A DNA stretch of 64,000 nucleotides, from contig MU057354.1 of NCBI GenBank assembly GCA_013239625.1, positions 28,239,880 to 28,303,879 of the forward strand, written 5' to 3'. The notes under the pieces were generated by a model. That model worked only from the letters and a program-made list of their open reading frames with translations. It searched no databases and had not been told where the DNA came from. Below, one piece after another: positions 23,217 to 36,334 of this stretch. The stretch's first letter is position 1, and every line of letters begins with the position of its first letter. This DNA is from Lama guanicoe (taxonomy: Eukaryota). A program made the position numbers and the translations under genes.

Positions 23217-23719
23217 TGTTGGTAAATTTTATGTATCACCTTGACTGGGACTTGGAGTGTGCAGATATTGGGTCAAACATTATTCTGGCTGTCTGGGAGG
23301 ATGTTTTCGGATGAGATTATCATTTGCATCACTAGACTCAGTAGAAGAGATTGTTCTCTTTAATGTGGGAGGCCCTCATCCAATTGGCTGAAGGCCTCAA
23401 CAGAACCAAAAGGCTGACCCTCCTCCCATAAGAGGGAATTCCTCCTGCCTGACTGAGCTGGGAGATGGGTTCTTTCCCACTGTTTGAACTTGAACTGAAA
23501 CATCAGCTCTTCATGGGTCTCGAGCCTGCCATTTTGGACTGGAACTTACACCATCAGCTGTCCTGACTCTCAGGGCTGCGTACTCCAACTGCACCTATAC
23601 CCCTGACTCTCTCAGGTCTGGCCAGATGCAGATCTCCATGAGCCAGTTCCTTATAATAAATCTCTTTCCATGTACGTATGCTGTAGGTTCTGTGCCTCTG
23701 GAGAGCTGTGACTAACACA
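23217..23719 (+). mobile_element. MLT2B-type ERVL solo LTR
   Basis: TG..CA ends; ttttatgtatcaccttgactggg; ccctcatccaattggctgaaggcc; tgagccagttccttataataaatctc; gactaacaca. Confidence 0.9.
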
Positions 23720-23809
23720 CATACTTCTCCTAGTGTCATAATTACTCTGTATTTGTCTTAGTTCTTTCATTAAACCAGAAATTCTTCAAAGTGATGACTC
23801 TAAATTCTT

Positions 23810-24078
23810 TTCTTTATAATTGAAGAATAATCAGTTTACAATGTTGTGTCAATTTCTGGTGTACAGCATAATAGCTGAGTCATACAGATCCTCGTTTTCA
23901 TATTCTTTTTCATTACAGGTTACTACAAGACATTGAATATAGTTCCCCGTGCTATACAGTAGAACCTTGTTATTTATCTATTTTAGATACAGTAGTATCT
24001 TCAAATCTTGAACCCCAATTTATCCTTTCCCATCCCCTTCCCCCCAGTAACCGTAAGTTTGTTTTTTATGTCTGTGAC
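23810..24078 (-). mobile_element. Short camelid-type L1 3' end with TSD, inserted in an L2 tail
   Basis: cagtttacaatgttgtgtcaatttctggtgtacagc. TSD gactctaaattctt (23796-23809) and gactctaatttctt (24079-24092). Confidence 0.88.
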
Positions 24079-24489
24079 GACTCTAATTTCTTAATTTTTA
24101 TATTCATTGTCTCATTGTACCTTGTTTTCAGTATCCAAGTACTACAGATATATGCAGAATTAAAATCAATTTGAAGGCAATGATCATGTAGAAAAGACAT
24201 AAATCTGTGATATCAGATTGGCTGGAAGTACATAACTGCGTGCAGTGTTTCTTCACCCAGAATCCGTGCTTACATTCTCAAGAATTTTTGAGAAAAGGAG
24301 TTTTCTTTTAATCTGTAGTTTTCATTTGGATGATCCTCTAACTTATTACTCTATCAGTTACAAAGACAAACTTATTTTTGAGGTGAAACGTGCACAATGG
24401 AAAGGTATTTCGATAGACTTTGAGCTGTTAAGTCAGTGCTGCTCTGTCAGACTTCCCATTCTTATCTACCATTCAAATTTAAGAAAATC

Positions 24490-24655
24490 TTGTTGGGGGA
24501 AGAATCCTGGTCTGAATATCGGAACAACAGAGCCTAGCCCTGGCTCTCCTAACAACATTTGGCAAATCACTCAAGACCTCAGTTTTGTGATTCGTAAAAC
24601 AAGAATTTTGAATTTTATTGATTTCTAAGTTTCCCCCATGGCTCTAAATTTCTGT
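24490..24655 (+). mobile_element. MIR3/MIR fragment
   Basis: ttggcaaatcactcaagacctcagttttgtgattcgtaaaac...gctctaaatttctg. Confidence 0.6.
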
Positions 24656-24754
24656 TTCTGAGGATATTGAAGTTAGCTGGGGAAGAGGGAGAGAATAAAA
24701 ACGTGAACATGATTGCACAAATTTAAAGAAAGGTGAAGACAGCACCTATAAAAT

Positions 24755-24965
24755 CATTAAAACAATCATTTATCAAGTATTTACTTTAAAAAAATTATAT
24801 TTACCACATAACTACTATGTACCAGGCGTGGCTCCAGGCTATTGGTATTCTTCAGTGTACAAATCGAAACCCCTGCCCTCAGGAAGCTTGCAACGAGGAT
24901 ATACTTCAGTAAATGTGTACGTCGGTGGAACAGAAAAAAAGCAAGTAAACAAATACATGAATTAA
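24755..24965 (-). mobile_element. L2 3' fragment
   Basis: ctactatgtaccaggcgtggctccaggc...cccctgccctcaggaagcttgca. Confidence 0.65.
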
Positions 24966-25419
24966 TATACAGGATAGAAACATTTCTGCTTTAATGCAAA
25001 ACTGTGCGCTGTTAGGAGGATATCCCTCCAGTTTATCTGGTTTAGCCATTCATCATCTTTGAGCGATTCTACAGTTCCTTAAGTAGTAGACAACTGAGAG
25101 CAAAGCAGAATAATTCTTGTAGAGTTGCAAATTCTGTCCTGTCTAGTAGAGGAACAAGTGGCTTCTGCTTCCCATCTCTCCCCAGTCTTCCCCCACAAAA
25201 AGCCAGTTTTGTCTCCATTTGCACATTCACCTCAATATTACTGATCTACCAGTTTGTCTCATCTACAGATTGTCTTTTGAACTGGTTATATCATCTGTAT
25301 GGATGTTAATGAAGGAATAGAATAGCATCTTTAAAACATTCATTTTTATGTCTGCATGAGGGCTGTGATTTTACCTTTTTCTGAAAGGTACCTTTTAACA
25401 ATGGCTAAAGTCTAGGAAG

Positions 25420-25845
25420 GAAGGTTAATGAGGCAGAGAGGGATGAGGCTGGAGGAGCGGCTGGACAGCTTCAGATCTACTGAGCAGGAAAGACCTGTTG
25501 AAGGATGGAGCCATTGAGTTGAGACCCGATTGATGAGGGACCGCTTCTCAAAGGCCTAGAGGATGATCATTCCAGGAAGAGGTGCCGAGAAAGGCAAGGG
25601 TCCTGGACTGAGAATTTCTCTGGAGTGTTCAAGCCTCCAGAAGAGGCCAGCACGTGTGGCTGGCACAGACCGAGGAAAGGGGACATGTTACAAGATAGGG
25701 AGAGACAGGTAGGCAAGTGTCAGATGTTTAGGGCCGAAAAGGCCTTGATAGTGTGTTTAGATTTTATTCTCAGTGTAACTAGGAAGACATAGGAGAGAAG
25801 TGATTTGGATTCTGTTTTCCAAGAACTTTCTATGGCCAAGACACT
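25420..25845 (-). mobile_element. L2 fragment
   Basis: cattccaggaagagg...gcaagggtcctgga; gaggccagcacgtgtggctgg; tttagattttattctcagtg. Confidence 0.7.
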
Positions 25846-25849
25846 TGAC

Positions 25850-25975
25850 TTGCTGCTTTACGTGTATAACTTCAGTCAGTCCTCACATTAAGTTTACAAA
25901 ACAGGGATTACTACTTTGTTCACTTTACAGATGAGGAAAATGAGGCTCGGAGGGTAAATGCAGAATTGGTATCTA
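25850..25975 (-). mobile_element. MIR fragment
   Basis: cactttacagatgaggaaaatgaggctcggagggtaa. Confidence 0.75.
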
Positions 25976-27249
25976 TAAGGTAATGATCTTACTCATCAAT
26001 GTAAATAACAGGTGTTTCTACTGTCTACTGTTCGTACAATGACTGGGATAAAGTTGTGAGTATGTTCAATCATAATCAACAATACATCTCTGAACCATTA
26101 CATTGAAAAGTTTTGCAGATTTACATTATAGAGTTTCTTATCCTCTCTTTTCAGATTACTTTCTAACTCTGCTTTCTAGGATTATTTGAAAGGCAAATTT
26201 TGATTGTGAGTTTGAGTTAATACCAGCATTGAATCAATGCTGCCTGTGAAGGCCTTGGTAAACTTATCTAGCTTCGACACTGTGTCTATGGGGTTTTATT
26301 TGTGCACATAATGAAGCATACAATAGCTTGCAATATTGTCTTAAACACAGCAGATAATATTCACTTAAACTGACATGTTTCTCAGACTTAGTATGTCAAC
26401 AGCCGACAAAAATACAGTAAGTCTCATATTGCGTTTGTGATAGTTTTTAGGTTGCATTTGTAATTTGATCACTCTAATAATGACCTGGTCTTTTTTTTTT
26501 TAATTTAGTGAATCTATGAAAAATCTTAATGATTCGCATCGATACTTCACTGTTTAAAGCTTGCAATAGTCTCATTGTTGGAGTAGGGAAACAGCACTTG
26601 GGGGAGAAGGATGAGTGAAATGGCAGGTAAAAGCCTGCCGAAGTTGTGATGAGACTTGTCAGGATCTGTAATCTCTTTAGCTTGATACTTTAACTTTTCA
26701 GTAATTGTAATTCCCTTCTCATGGTATTCTCATGCTTTTACCATCATGTTCTGCTTTGCTTTCCTTTTCTTAGCTGGACTAATTTACTGTGTACCCAAGT
26801 TGGATGCTTTTCCACTTCAAAATACAGATGATTTTGGCAAGCAGGACAACAGCAACTTGGACACACACTGAAATGAACCACCAGGGGTTTCTCTGAAGAA
26901 GCAGAATTATTATTTTGTGTGGAGAACATTTCTCCCTGAGTCCCCTGAATCATCGAGCTTGGCCGTGTCTCAATTCTTCTTTCAGCAAAAATGGAGAAAA
27001 GGAAAAAAACTGGGATGACTAGCTAAGCAAAACGCAAGCTGCTTCAAGACTGAAGAAGCACAAAGGATATTTCAGGAGGGGCAGTCAACCGAAAGTTGGG
27101 AGTCAAAAACTGTTCAATGATGGGGATTAAGTAATGAATAAGTTCACTCATAATCAGCAATACTTTTCTGGACCATTACGTCGAATTAAGCGTGTTGGAT
27201 CAGAAAGGCTTGGGAATTTCCAAGAGAAAATAAAATTACACCAGTCTTC

Positions 27250-27251
<2 letters not shown>

Positions 27252-27281
<30 letters not shown>
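27252..27281. repeat. (GT)15 microsatellite
   Basis: Read directly. Confidence 0.97.
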
Positions 27282-27282
<1 letters not shown>

Positions 27283-28844
27283 GATATGCACACAGTCACT
27301 GTGCTTTTTACCTTTATTTTAAATAGATTTTCCAAGCAGATGGTCATGTTTGAGCAGATACCTTCTACGCCCACAGTTGTACTGTGAGAAACAAAAATAA
27401 AACACGAAGCATATTAAAATGTGTAAATATTTTCTCCTACTGATTTTGGTAGCTGAGCACCTCAGGTGTGGGCTGCTCCTACGTCAGCCCAGCAGTTCGA
27501 TTTTCTCGACTCTGCCTTTCGCTCAGGCTGGGCAGGATGCCTCCAAGGTGAAGACAGCTGATCTCCCCAGACTCACAAGTCGTCCCAGTGAAGGAATGCT
27601 TTTATTGCTTGCTCAAGCTTAAAAAAGGCTTCTTGTTAAGCCTCAGAGATCAGAACACTGCCCTAAAAAGCCCTGAAACAGGGTGCCCCACATCACATGT
27701 GCTCTGCTAATCTCCCTTGGAGGAAAAAAAAAAAAATCAAACTGAATGGTTTTCTTTTCTTGCAAATCAAGCAGAGTACACTTAAGGAAAAAAAGTGACT
27801 GCTCTTCGGACCAGACCTTGAAGGCTTTTATTGACTACCTTATTCTACCCATAGGAGTTACTGTAGAAATTAAAGTATCCATATATTAGGGGTCACTTTT
27901 TAGGAAAAAAGAGCCTACTTACGATTTAGGTACCATTTGACATTAGAATATAAGAAGTCCCACTTAACACATCCAATAATGGCAGAAAAACATAGACTGA
28001 GTCAGAACAGTTGCTCTAACTAGGTTAGCAGTTCACTTTGTAATATCAGATCAATAAATATATTGCTTATTTTCAAGGTGGCAGTAAGAGTTGTAACCGT
28101 CATTTCCTTTATATACTGAACAGTTAACATCACTAATTACTACCAGTCCTTTTTAAAGTGTTTAATGCATTGATGAATTGTTAACATATTTTATGTGCTT
28201 GTTAATTACTTAATGCATCTTTGTAGGGCCCTGGCATTGCCTGAGGCAGGCACCTGCTATATAGCTTCTGTGAAGGTTAATGGAGCAGAAGGATGGAATT
28301 CAATTACATGGAGAGAAATACAACGAAGGGAGAAGGAAGGAGAAATTACTAGCCTTTCAGAAGCACATACTGGAAAAGCATCTTATGGTCTTTCATCGTT
28401 TTGACATGTATTTTAAGATTTTCTTTAAAAAAAATCATTAGATTCTCAATCATCATAAGTTACACAACTCTTATCTGTTCCAGGCTTCCAAATATGTTTT
28501 ACCTGTGACTTTAAATATAGTTTAGAAATACAGTCCTGCGATTCACTGAAACTGCTTTTTACCCTAAACTCTGCTCCAAATTAATCAGGACCCACACTGG
28601 GTAACCAAGCAAAAAACCTGAAGGCAATGAGATGGGACACAAAGACACGTGAGGGCCACATTGCGTTGGGTCCTCTGAATGGCCAGGAAAGCTATCCACA
28701 GCTTCTCGCTCTGTTAATGAACCCTGATGGATCTCTAGGGTGGAAAATCAGGACAATTCCTTACCCTAGAACTACCAATTGTCCACTAAATGGCTTTCTC
28801 TGCTTCTCTTCAAAGTGATAAAATGCCCCACTTTAAATTTTAAA

Positions 28845-29446
28845 AATTAATAATAAAACGACCGTATAAACCCAGCTACTCCACTTTTGGGTATTTATCC
28901 AAAGAGTACAAAAACCTTAATTTGAAAAAATATATGCATNNNNNNNNNNNNNNNNNNNNNNNNNNNNNNNNNNNNNNNNNNNNNNNNNNNNNNNNNNNNN
29001 NNNNNNNNNNNNNNNNNNNNNNNNNNNNNNNNNNNNNNNNNNNNNNNNNNNNNNNNNNNNNNNNNNNNNNNNNNNNNNNNNNNNNNNNNNNNNNNNTGGG
29101 TAGATCTTGAGAGTATTACACTACGTGAAATAAGTCAGCCAGAGAAAGACAAATACCATACAATTTCACTCATATATAGAACATTAAAAACACAAACAAA
29201 TAAAAAAATGAATGAATAAAGAAAACCAAACCAAATGAATATGTAGTTACAGAGTTCAGAGTGATGGTTTCAGAGGGGAAGGATTGGAGGGGAAGGTGAA
29301 ATAGACAAAGGGGATCAAGACTGTGATGATGAACAGAAACTAATTTTTGGTGGTGAGCACACTACAATGTGTACAGAAGTAGAAATATATTGTTGTATAC
29401 ATGAAACTTACATAATGTTATAAGCTAAAGTTACTTCAATAAAAAG
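28845..29446 (+). mobile_element. Laurasiatherian-type L1 3' end (N-run 28940-29096)
   Basis: ccacttttgggtatttatccaaag; gtgaaataagtcagccagagaaagacaaatacc; ttttggtggtgagcacac...ttacttcaataaaaa. Confidence 0.88.
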
Positions 29447-29708
29447 CTAAAACAAAAGAAGCTACTTAGGCAGCTTCCAGAATGCTCTGTTTATCAATCT
29501 ATTTACTAGCAAAACTCTTGTAGATTGATCAAGTAGAAATATTAAGACTGAACTTAAAAACTCAAACTGCTTACAGTGAGCCAACGGAACTTCAAGCCTG
29601 TTTTATAAATACCAGGAAGCATCTCTCCTAGAAATGATAGCTTATGTTTACATGGGTTTTGAACTTTTCCAAGTAATTTTACATTTTATTCAACTTGATT
29701 CTTATACC

Positions 29709-30100
29709 TGTCAGAATAGGATAGCTTTCACTGCAATGACAAACCCTCCAGAATATCACTGGCTTAAAACAAGGCATATTTCTCACTCATACAACTTGCT
29801 TATCATGAGTCATCTGGGGAGGGAGCCTTGCCCTATATCATCCACACTCAGGGATCCGGGCTAAGGGGCTCTCTGTGCTTCCAAGATTGCGAAGGTGGGA
29901 AAGGGGGAGCATGATGACTGGTGTGCTTCCTCTCAAGATGTCTGCTTGAAAGTGACTCATGACACTTCTGCTCACAGTTTATGGGCCAAAGCAAGTCCCA
30001 CAATCCCTCCTGACTTCAAAGGAAGGGAGAACGCTTAATCTTACTCTGTGTCTAGAAAGAAAAGAAGCTGAATGTTTGAAAGAGACCCATGACTACCATG
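29709..30100 (-). mobile_element. MLT1K/L-type MaLR LTR
   Basis: ctggcttaaaacaaggcatatttctcactca; gaaagtgactcatgacacttctgctcacagtttatgggccaaagcaagtc. Confidence 0.8.
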
Positions 30101-31919
30101 CTCCTCTTCAAAGCTCTATGAAGAAACAGAGCCAGTAAGGCAAGCCATGGAAACCCAAGCAGACATTCTAAAGATAGTATTTAGGGAAAGGATGGAAAGT
30201 TACCCACATGTGGCAATCCTTTTCCTTTATGTTCATACATATCTTCCTCTTAACATACCACCATGCCTAAAATTTCATTCTTTACTTCTTTAGGTCGATG
30301 ACACCTTGCTGAAAAAGCCAACACCTTTCCTCACATCCTGGTGTGCTAGTTCTTTAGAGGTGATGAGAGGATGGTCTTCAAGAGGGACAGGATGCACATT
30401 CCTAACATGTGAATCGATTCTGTGTGCACCCCCGGGCTGACTCCTCCAGCAGGGTTTTCTGGAATACAGCATGGGAGGTGCTGAGGTCTCTGTGACTCTT
30501 GCCATATGGTGAGATGAGGAGGATGGGGGTTAGATGCTCTCTTTACTGAAAGACATGACAGTCTATATATATATTTCCTGGGATAGGAACTCTGTAGACA
30601 TTTTTACAGATAATACACTATGTGGGAGTTAAGTTATACATCCTCCTGAAGTTATAATATTTCTCAGAACTGTGTAGAACAAACTAAAGACAAAATAAGA
30701 ATTAAACAGATGATGCATTTAAATTGTGAACTTTATGAAAATGCAAAGAGGGACAGAATTTCCTTGAAATTGCTGTGCTAGTGCTGTCCAAGTAATTGAC
30801 CTTTCCAGCCAAGGTCATGTGGAACACTGACATTCAGAATTAGAACCATGGAAGAAGAGAAAACTGATGAGATTGGGAGATATACTTCCAAATACACTGA
30901 AGTAGCCTTTAGCAGAAAGAACTGGAAGTTGATACCAAAATCATTCTCTGTATTATTTGCTTGACATATGTATGTGCTTTCTCATGTTAACAAAGTGTTT
31001 TGCTGTTTTTGATCATGAAATTTTTTTGAAGCCTTCATGAAGTCTCCTATCAACTTCTGATTTTTTTCTTCTAGTGTTCTCATTAAATACTAGCATATTT
31101 TTAATCCATAGTTTCTATTCATTCCTTTGGCTTAAAAGCTCAAGAGCTCCAATGGAAAGATACAAGTGGCTTTAGGCAAGTCATCTATTATGGTGATAAT
31201 GTTCTTTGCCTTAAACTAAAAAGTACTGCAATATACCATAATTTTAAAATAGGAAGGATTTTGTTCAAGCTTTTCATGAATTGTTGGCTTCAGGCTGATA
31301 TTTTTACATTTAGGTATTTCAAACAATTGAAATTTTAAATTGTTGGAAACAAATTTAAAAAGTTACCATGAAGTTTTAAAAATATTGACTGCAGTATTGG
31401 CTTCTAAAATATATGATAATAAAATGAATGTTTTCTTCCTTGTTTATTTTATTTTTTCCCATTTAAGAATTAATACTTAAACCGATCTATCTTATTAAAA
31501 CTTACTGTTCAATTCCTTAACATGAATTCATTATACACCTTTTAGTCATTAAGCTTTTATCTTGATTTCTAGGTCCTAAATTTGCAAAGCATTTTGTAAT
31601 AAAGTTTGAAAAGAAATTGCCTAACATCATTGTTTTACTATTCATGCTGTATTTTTATTTTCAGAAACACTATTTACAAGGATATATTGTATTTACAAGA
31701 ATGTATTGTAATACGAGAAAGATAGCCACTATTTTATAATAACTGTAAATGAAAAATAATTTTTAAATTGCATAAAATTTTTTAACTATTTTACAAAGCA
31801 TTTTACAAAAGTTAGACTATATAGAAAGATCCACTGCTGAAATATACATGTACATTTTTACACTAATAGTGGCCTTACTCTGAATTCTTACGTAAAAATC
31901 AGGAGACTCCGTGTACTCT

Positions 31920-32165
31920 TGGCACACTGCTTACTGAAGTCGGAAGACCACCAGTATTCGAGTTTTGGCTTCGCTTCTTACTAGCTGTCAGACTCAAGCC
32001 TAACCATTTACCAGCTCAGCCATAACATGCATCAAAAGAAAATAATACCTGCCCTGCCTGTCCTAGTTTTTGGGTGGTGAAGATTAAGTTAGTTTAAAAT
32101 CAAAAAAAAAAACAAAACACTTTGACAATCGTAAAGTGCTGAAGAAGCTTAAATTATTAATATCA
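31920..32165 (+). mobile_element. MIR SINE, decayed
   Basis: tattcgagttttggcttcgcttcttactagctg; aataatacctgccctgcctg...gtgaagattaa. Confidence 0.6.
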
Positions 32166-34529
32166 CTGTTTAACTATTGGATATGTCTCCTCACCCTTTG
32201 GAGTAAAGAATTGACTTTAATTATAATGAAAGTTAGAGATTACCAATGAAGATTCAGTTTACTTTTGCGGCAGTTGAAAGCCTTCAAGGTTACAAGTGTC
32301 AGCATTCTGTGTAGATTGCTTGCTATCTTGTTTTTATTACATGTTCTTACTGAGTTTATAAGACTTAGTTAACTGTGGTAAGGGAAACAAAACCAAATTT
32401 CTTCTTTCGTATGCAATTTGGGACCTAAAACTACGCATACCTCAATAACAATCTTTTCTCCATCCTAAAGTAAAATTTATTTCTTTATGCGGAGCTAAAG
32501 AAATAGCAGGACAAGCTGGCAAAGAGGATATAGAAAGTGCGTTTAAACTGAAATGAGGGAGCCCAGGTGGATTCATAGCACTCTTCTCCAAGACGTCCGG
32601 TGTGACTGGTTCATCCAAACTCTTCAGAAAAATCGAATCCTGGAAGGAATGTAACTGAATCCGAATAGATACGAGAAAAATTTCTCAGGGATCAGAAAGG
32701 CAAATTGAATATAAACAAAGAATCTGTTCTCAGACAGACATTTTTAAAATCCAACTCTCAGAAATATATGAAATTCTACGTGAACTGATGGGGGGTTGAT
32801 TTAAATTTAAAAGATATTAGACTTTCTCCCTAAATCTTATTATTGGATTAACAGACTCTGCCACTTTAACAGTAAATGCCCCCTGGATAATGACGGTGCT
32901 CCCAAATGTGGTTTGAGTCTTTGGTTCTTGTTCTGTAAAATAACAATAGTGTTTCTCCTGCCTTTTTCCTCCTATAGTTTCTAGCCTATGGGTAAGGCTT
33001 TCTCCTTCACTGAAGCAGCAAAACAATCATGATGTTCTTTATCTGTTGTGGAAAGAAATCAAATTACGGCTCTTTGGTTTCCAGTATCATTAAGAACGTT
33101 AGGCTTCCCATTTCAAATGAAAAGCAGGCTGCATTTTTTTCAAACAGCCTTTCTCCATTTCCTGAAAATCTTACTTGGGCCAGGCTAGTAATACCGCCAC
33201 CACACGGGTACTTCCAGCAAAAAACGGAAAGGTGGAGAGCAGGAGCTGTGTTTACACGATGTATGGGAGCTATAAGATAAGAGCACCAAACTCTACCTGG
33301 GCAGGACATCCAGAGAAAACTGCGGTAGGTCGTATTGAAAGATGAGGCTTATGATCACACTCAGACACGAACATATTTAGTGTCAGTTGGACTTGAAAGC
33401 AGAGTCAGCCTCCCCTCAGACATACTCATGTCCAGCTGTGATCAGTTCTCTTTGGATTCCTCTTCCTCAGTGATTCCAAGGCCAGTTTCCTCCTTCCCAT
33501 CTCCAGGTTAGACCTCTGTAAGTCCAAGGTCAGTCCCTTCCCACTTCTGTCCTTCCTCATGCTGCTTCCTTCCTCTAGAATCCCTCTTGGCATATCAGGT
33601 CAAATCTTACCTATGTCCCTTTGAGATGTATTTTAAAATTCTCCTGCCCTCCTGTACCACTGATATCCCACATGCCATACCCCCAGTCTCCACCCCCTCA
33701 CTCAGATGGTAGATATCCCTCTGTTTTACTCAGCTAATGACTTTTTTGGAGCATCCAGCCCAGTACATTCTGACAGCACTTCTATTAAATCATTTACCTG
33801 TCACTTACAAGCCTTCTCCACTTTCTATTCCTGAACTACAGGCTTTATATTTCTCTCATTGAACTACCATCAAGTTACCGTTCCCTTCAACCTGGATTGA
33901 AATTTCCAACATTCTTTTAACAAATATTTACTATAAGTATTCCAGCTGCAAAATCTTATGTGATTACTGACTCCCTTGGGAGAGACAGCCGATGAGGTGC
34001 CTTGCATAGGGGAGGTTCTGTCAAATACTCGGTATCACTCAAGATGGAAGGGATATTTGGGGTGTTTCCTTCAGCTCTCCCGTATTAGTTACAGAGCAGC
34101 TTGTCTCTGTATTGCTCTTAGATGACTCTTTATTGCTTTAGACGACTTGACTATGGGGATAAAAACCAGGGCAGTGGTTTTAGTGGAAGAATAGAGTTTG
34201 AGGAATGTGATAGCCAAATTCTGAGTGCCTGGGGTCACAGAAAGCAGATGGCATTAGAAGAAAGCACCGGATAATAGGTTGTATGGAAAACAGGGAGGGA
34301 AGTGGTTAAGAAATACCTGCCAAATGAATTGGGAAGGGAGGGGACTGGGCAGGAAAGAAGGCTCTGCATATAAATATGTACTTCTTCACAGTTTGATAAG
34401 AATTAACTCTGGTCCTAGGGAGGATATTTAAGAGGAAAGAGACATTATCAGTGACTGATACTAGAGACTACAGCATCGCAGACAGATGTGCAGACAAATT
34501 ACATGGGGGTCCTAACGCAAGTGTGTAGG

Positions 34530-34617
34530 GTGGTGCCAAGGAATCTAAACTTTTAATAAGCTCCCTGAGTGACTCGGATGCATGCAGTCAAAGGCCCACC
34601 CTTTGGGAAACACTGAA
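34530..34617. mobile_element. MER5-type (hAT-Charlie) fragment
   Basis: ggtgccaaggaatctaaacttttaataagctccctgagtgactcggatgca...ctttgggaaacactg. Confidence 0.65.
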
Positions 34618-35579
34618 AAAGACGATAAGGTTTCAATGGCAGAACATGGCTAAGATGCCAGCATCTCCTCATTAATTTATGGCCTGACCTGTCCATGAAT
34701 CTGGTGTCTGAACAGGAGGAAAATATCTGGATGGCTTCACGCAGACGGCTCACTTTTCTGGTAGCCACCAGAGGTCCAATTTAAGAGAAAGGAAAGAATC
34801 TATAGTTTTGACACATTCAAATCTTGAGGCCCCACATCTGCTCCATTTAGTGCTACATGTTTTCAGCTGAGCAGGATGTAGTTTTCCTTTCATATATTTT
34901 AAGTTGCTGAAAGTCTAACAGCATGAATGCATAGTTTTCATGAGTCAAGGCTCTACAGATGTCCCAGTGATAATGCATAAAACTTCTCACAAAAGCCAAA
35001 CGTGCAAGTACAAACACAATCCTTCAGCTTTTCAACTTTCAAACTATACCCAAAGAGCACAATTAAGTCTCTGTACAGTAATTTTCTCATGAAAAATGGC
35101 CAGTAAATGCTTCCCATAGATAATTTATTTTTGCATTATTGATTTTTTTCCCTCTTAAAAAGCTGTATTAAAACAACTGCCATTAAGGCTTATAGAGCTT
35201 TGCAACATCTGGTTATGACTGCAGACAATTGCTCTATTCCTTATTCTTAAGACTGCTTATAATACCACCGAGAACACCTTCATCAGCTGCCGACCATTCC
35301 CCTTTCAGACGGCACCTGGGGAAAGGCATGCAAAAGAGATAAAGAGGTATCTGAAGGCAAAGTAATGTTTATTGTCCATAAATTACTTATGTCATTTACC
35401 CACAGAGTCTGCTCCCTGGTGTTGTGTTAGAAGAACATTTTGCTTCCGAATTCATTACTTGGGATATCTATGCCCAATGTATTTAGTGAATTAAACACAT
35501 CCATTTTAAATTGGAGGCATATTAGCACATATCCTTCCAGTTAAACAATTTTGCATTAGTAGAATTTGTTAATAGTTAT

Positions 35580-36075
35580 TAAATTTTGTTAGCAGAATGA
35601 AACAAAAATTGGCTGGTCAACTGAAGCCGAAACATTTTTATCAAAAAGTTTGGACTAACTCAGGAAACTCCTCAGAAGTCTAGAGAACGAAGTGAAAATG
35701 AGCAGGAACAAGGCCAGGCAGGTGCCAGGCCTGCAGGAACTGTGGTTCTGTGAAGATACTGTTTCCTCTGTCCCCAGAGAGGAAACAGACATGGTGGCCA
35801 ATCTCCAACCTGGGGAATGGGTGTGGCTTCTGCACACATGAATGCAGCCTGCTGTCTCTGATTTCTGTGTTACTCTCTCAAATTTAAAATGCCAGTAGGA
35901 CCTTGGTCTTGTAAGCTAAGCCTAGATTTCATTTATGAGAGAAGCATGAGTGTGAATTATCAGCACTTCCTGGAACTTTGATAGGATTCAGGCCTTGCCA
36001 CCCACCAAGACATATAGCAGAAACATAGGAAAGGGATTCAGATACTGGGCAGTCAAAAAATCCTTGTGTCCACTA
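35580..36075 (-). mobile_element. Old MaLR LTR (MLT1M/N/O-like)
   Basis: Ends gatactgggcagtcaaaaaatccttgtgtccacta, typical of antisense old MLT1. Confidence 0.5.
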
Positions 36076-36334
36076 ATACTTAGCAGTAAAACCCAACATG
36101 AAGTTTGAATTATGCTTCCTCCAGAGCCTTTAGATTCAAAATGGCTAATTTTTTAACATGGAGTATACATTTGAAAGAGTAAAATTAATTATCAAATCCA
36201 CATCACAAGATCAGTCACTTTAAGAGGGGGTAAACTGGTAGAGATTCTTCAGAAAATCAGCTTCTAATGCCCCCAAAAAGTTTGTAAACATACAAATATG
36301 TAATTGAGTAACATTAAGTAAATGGGAAATTTTT

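Noticed and set aside
14200-29446. A 14.6-kb inversion splitting one L1 into the 14.2-kb and 28.8-kb pieces
   Set aside because: Orientation would fit, but several hundred bp of L1 are unaccounted for, there is no matching TSD, and the flanking L2 does not continue at the predicted breakpoint.
34763-34779. CTCF-like CCACCAGAGGTCC
   Set aside because: Mismatches in the key GGCR part of the motif; too weak on its own.
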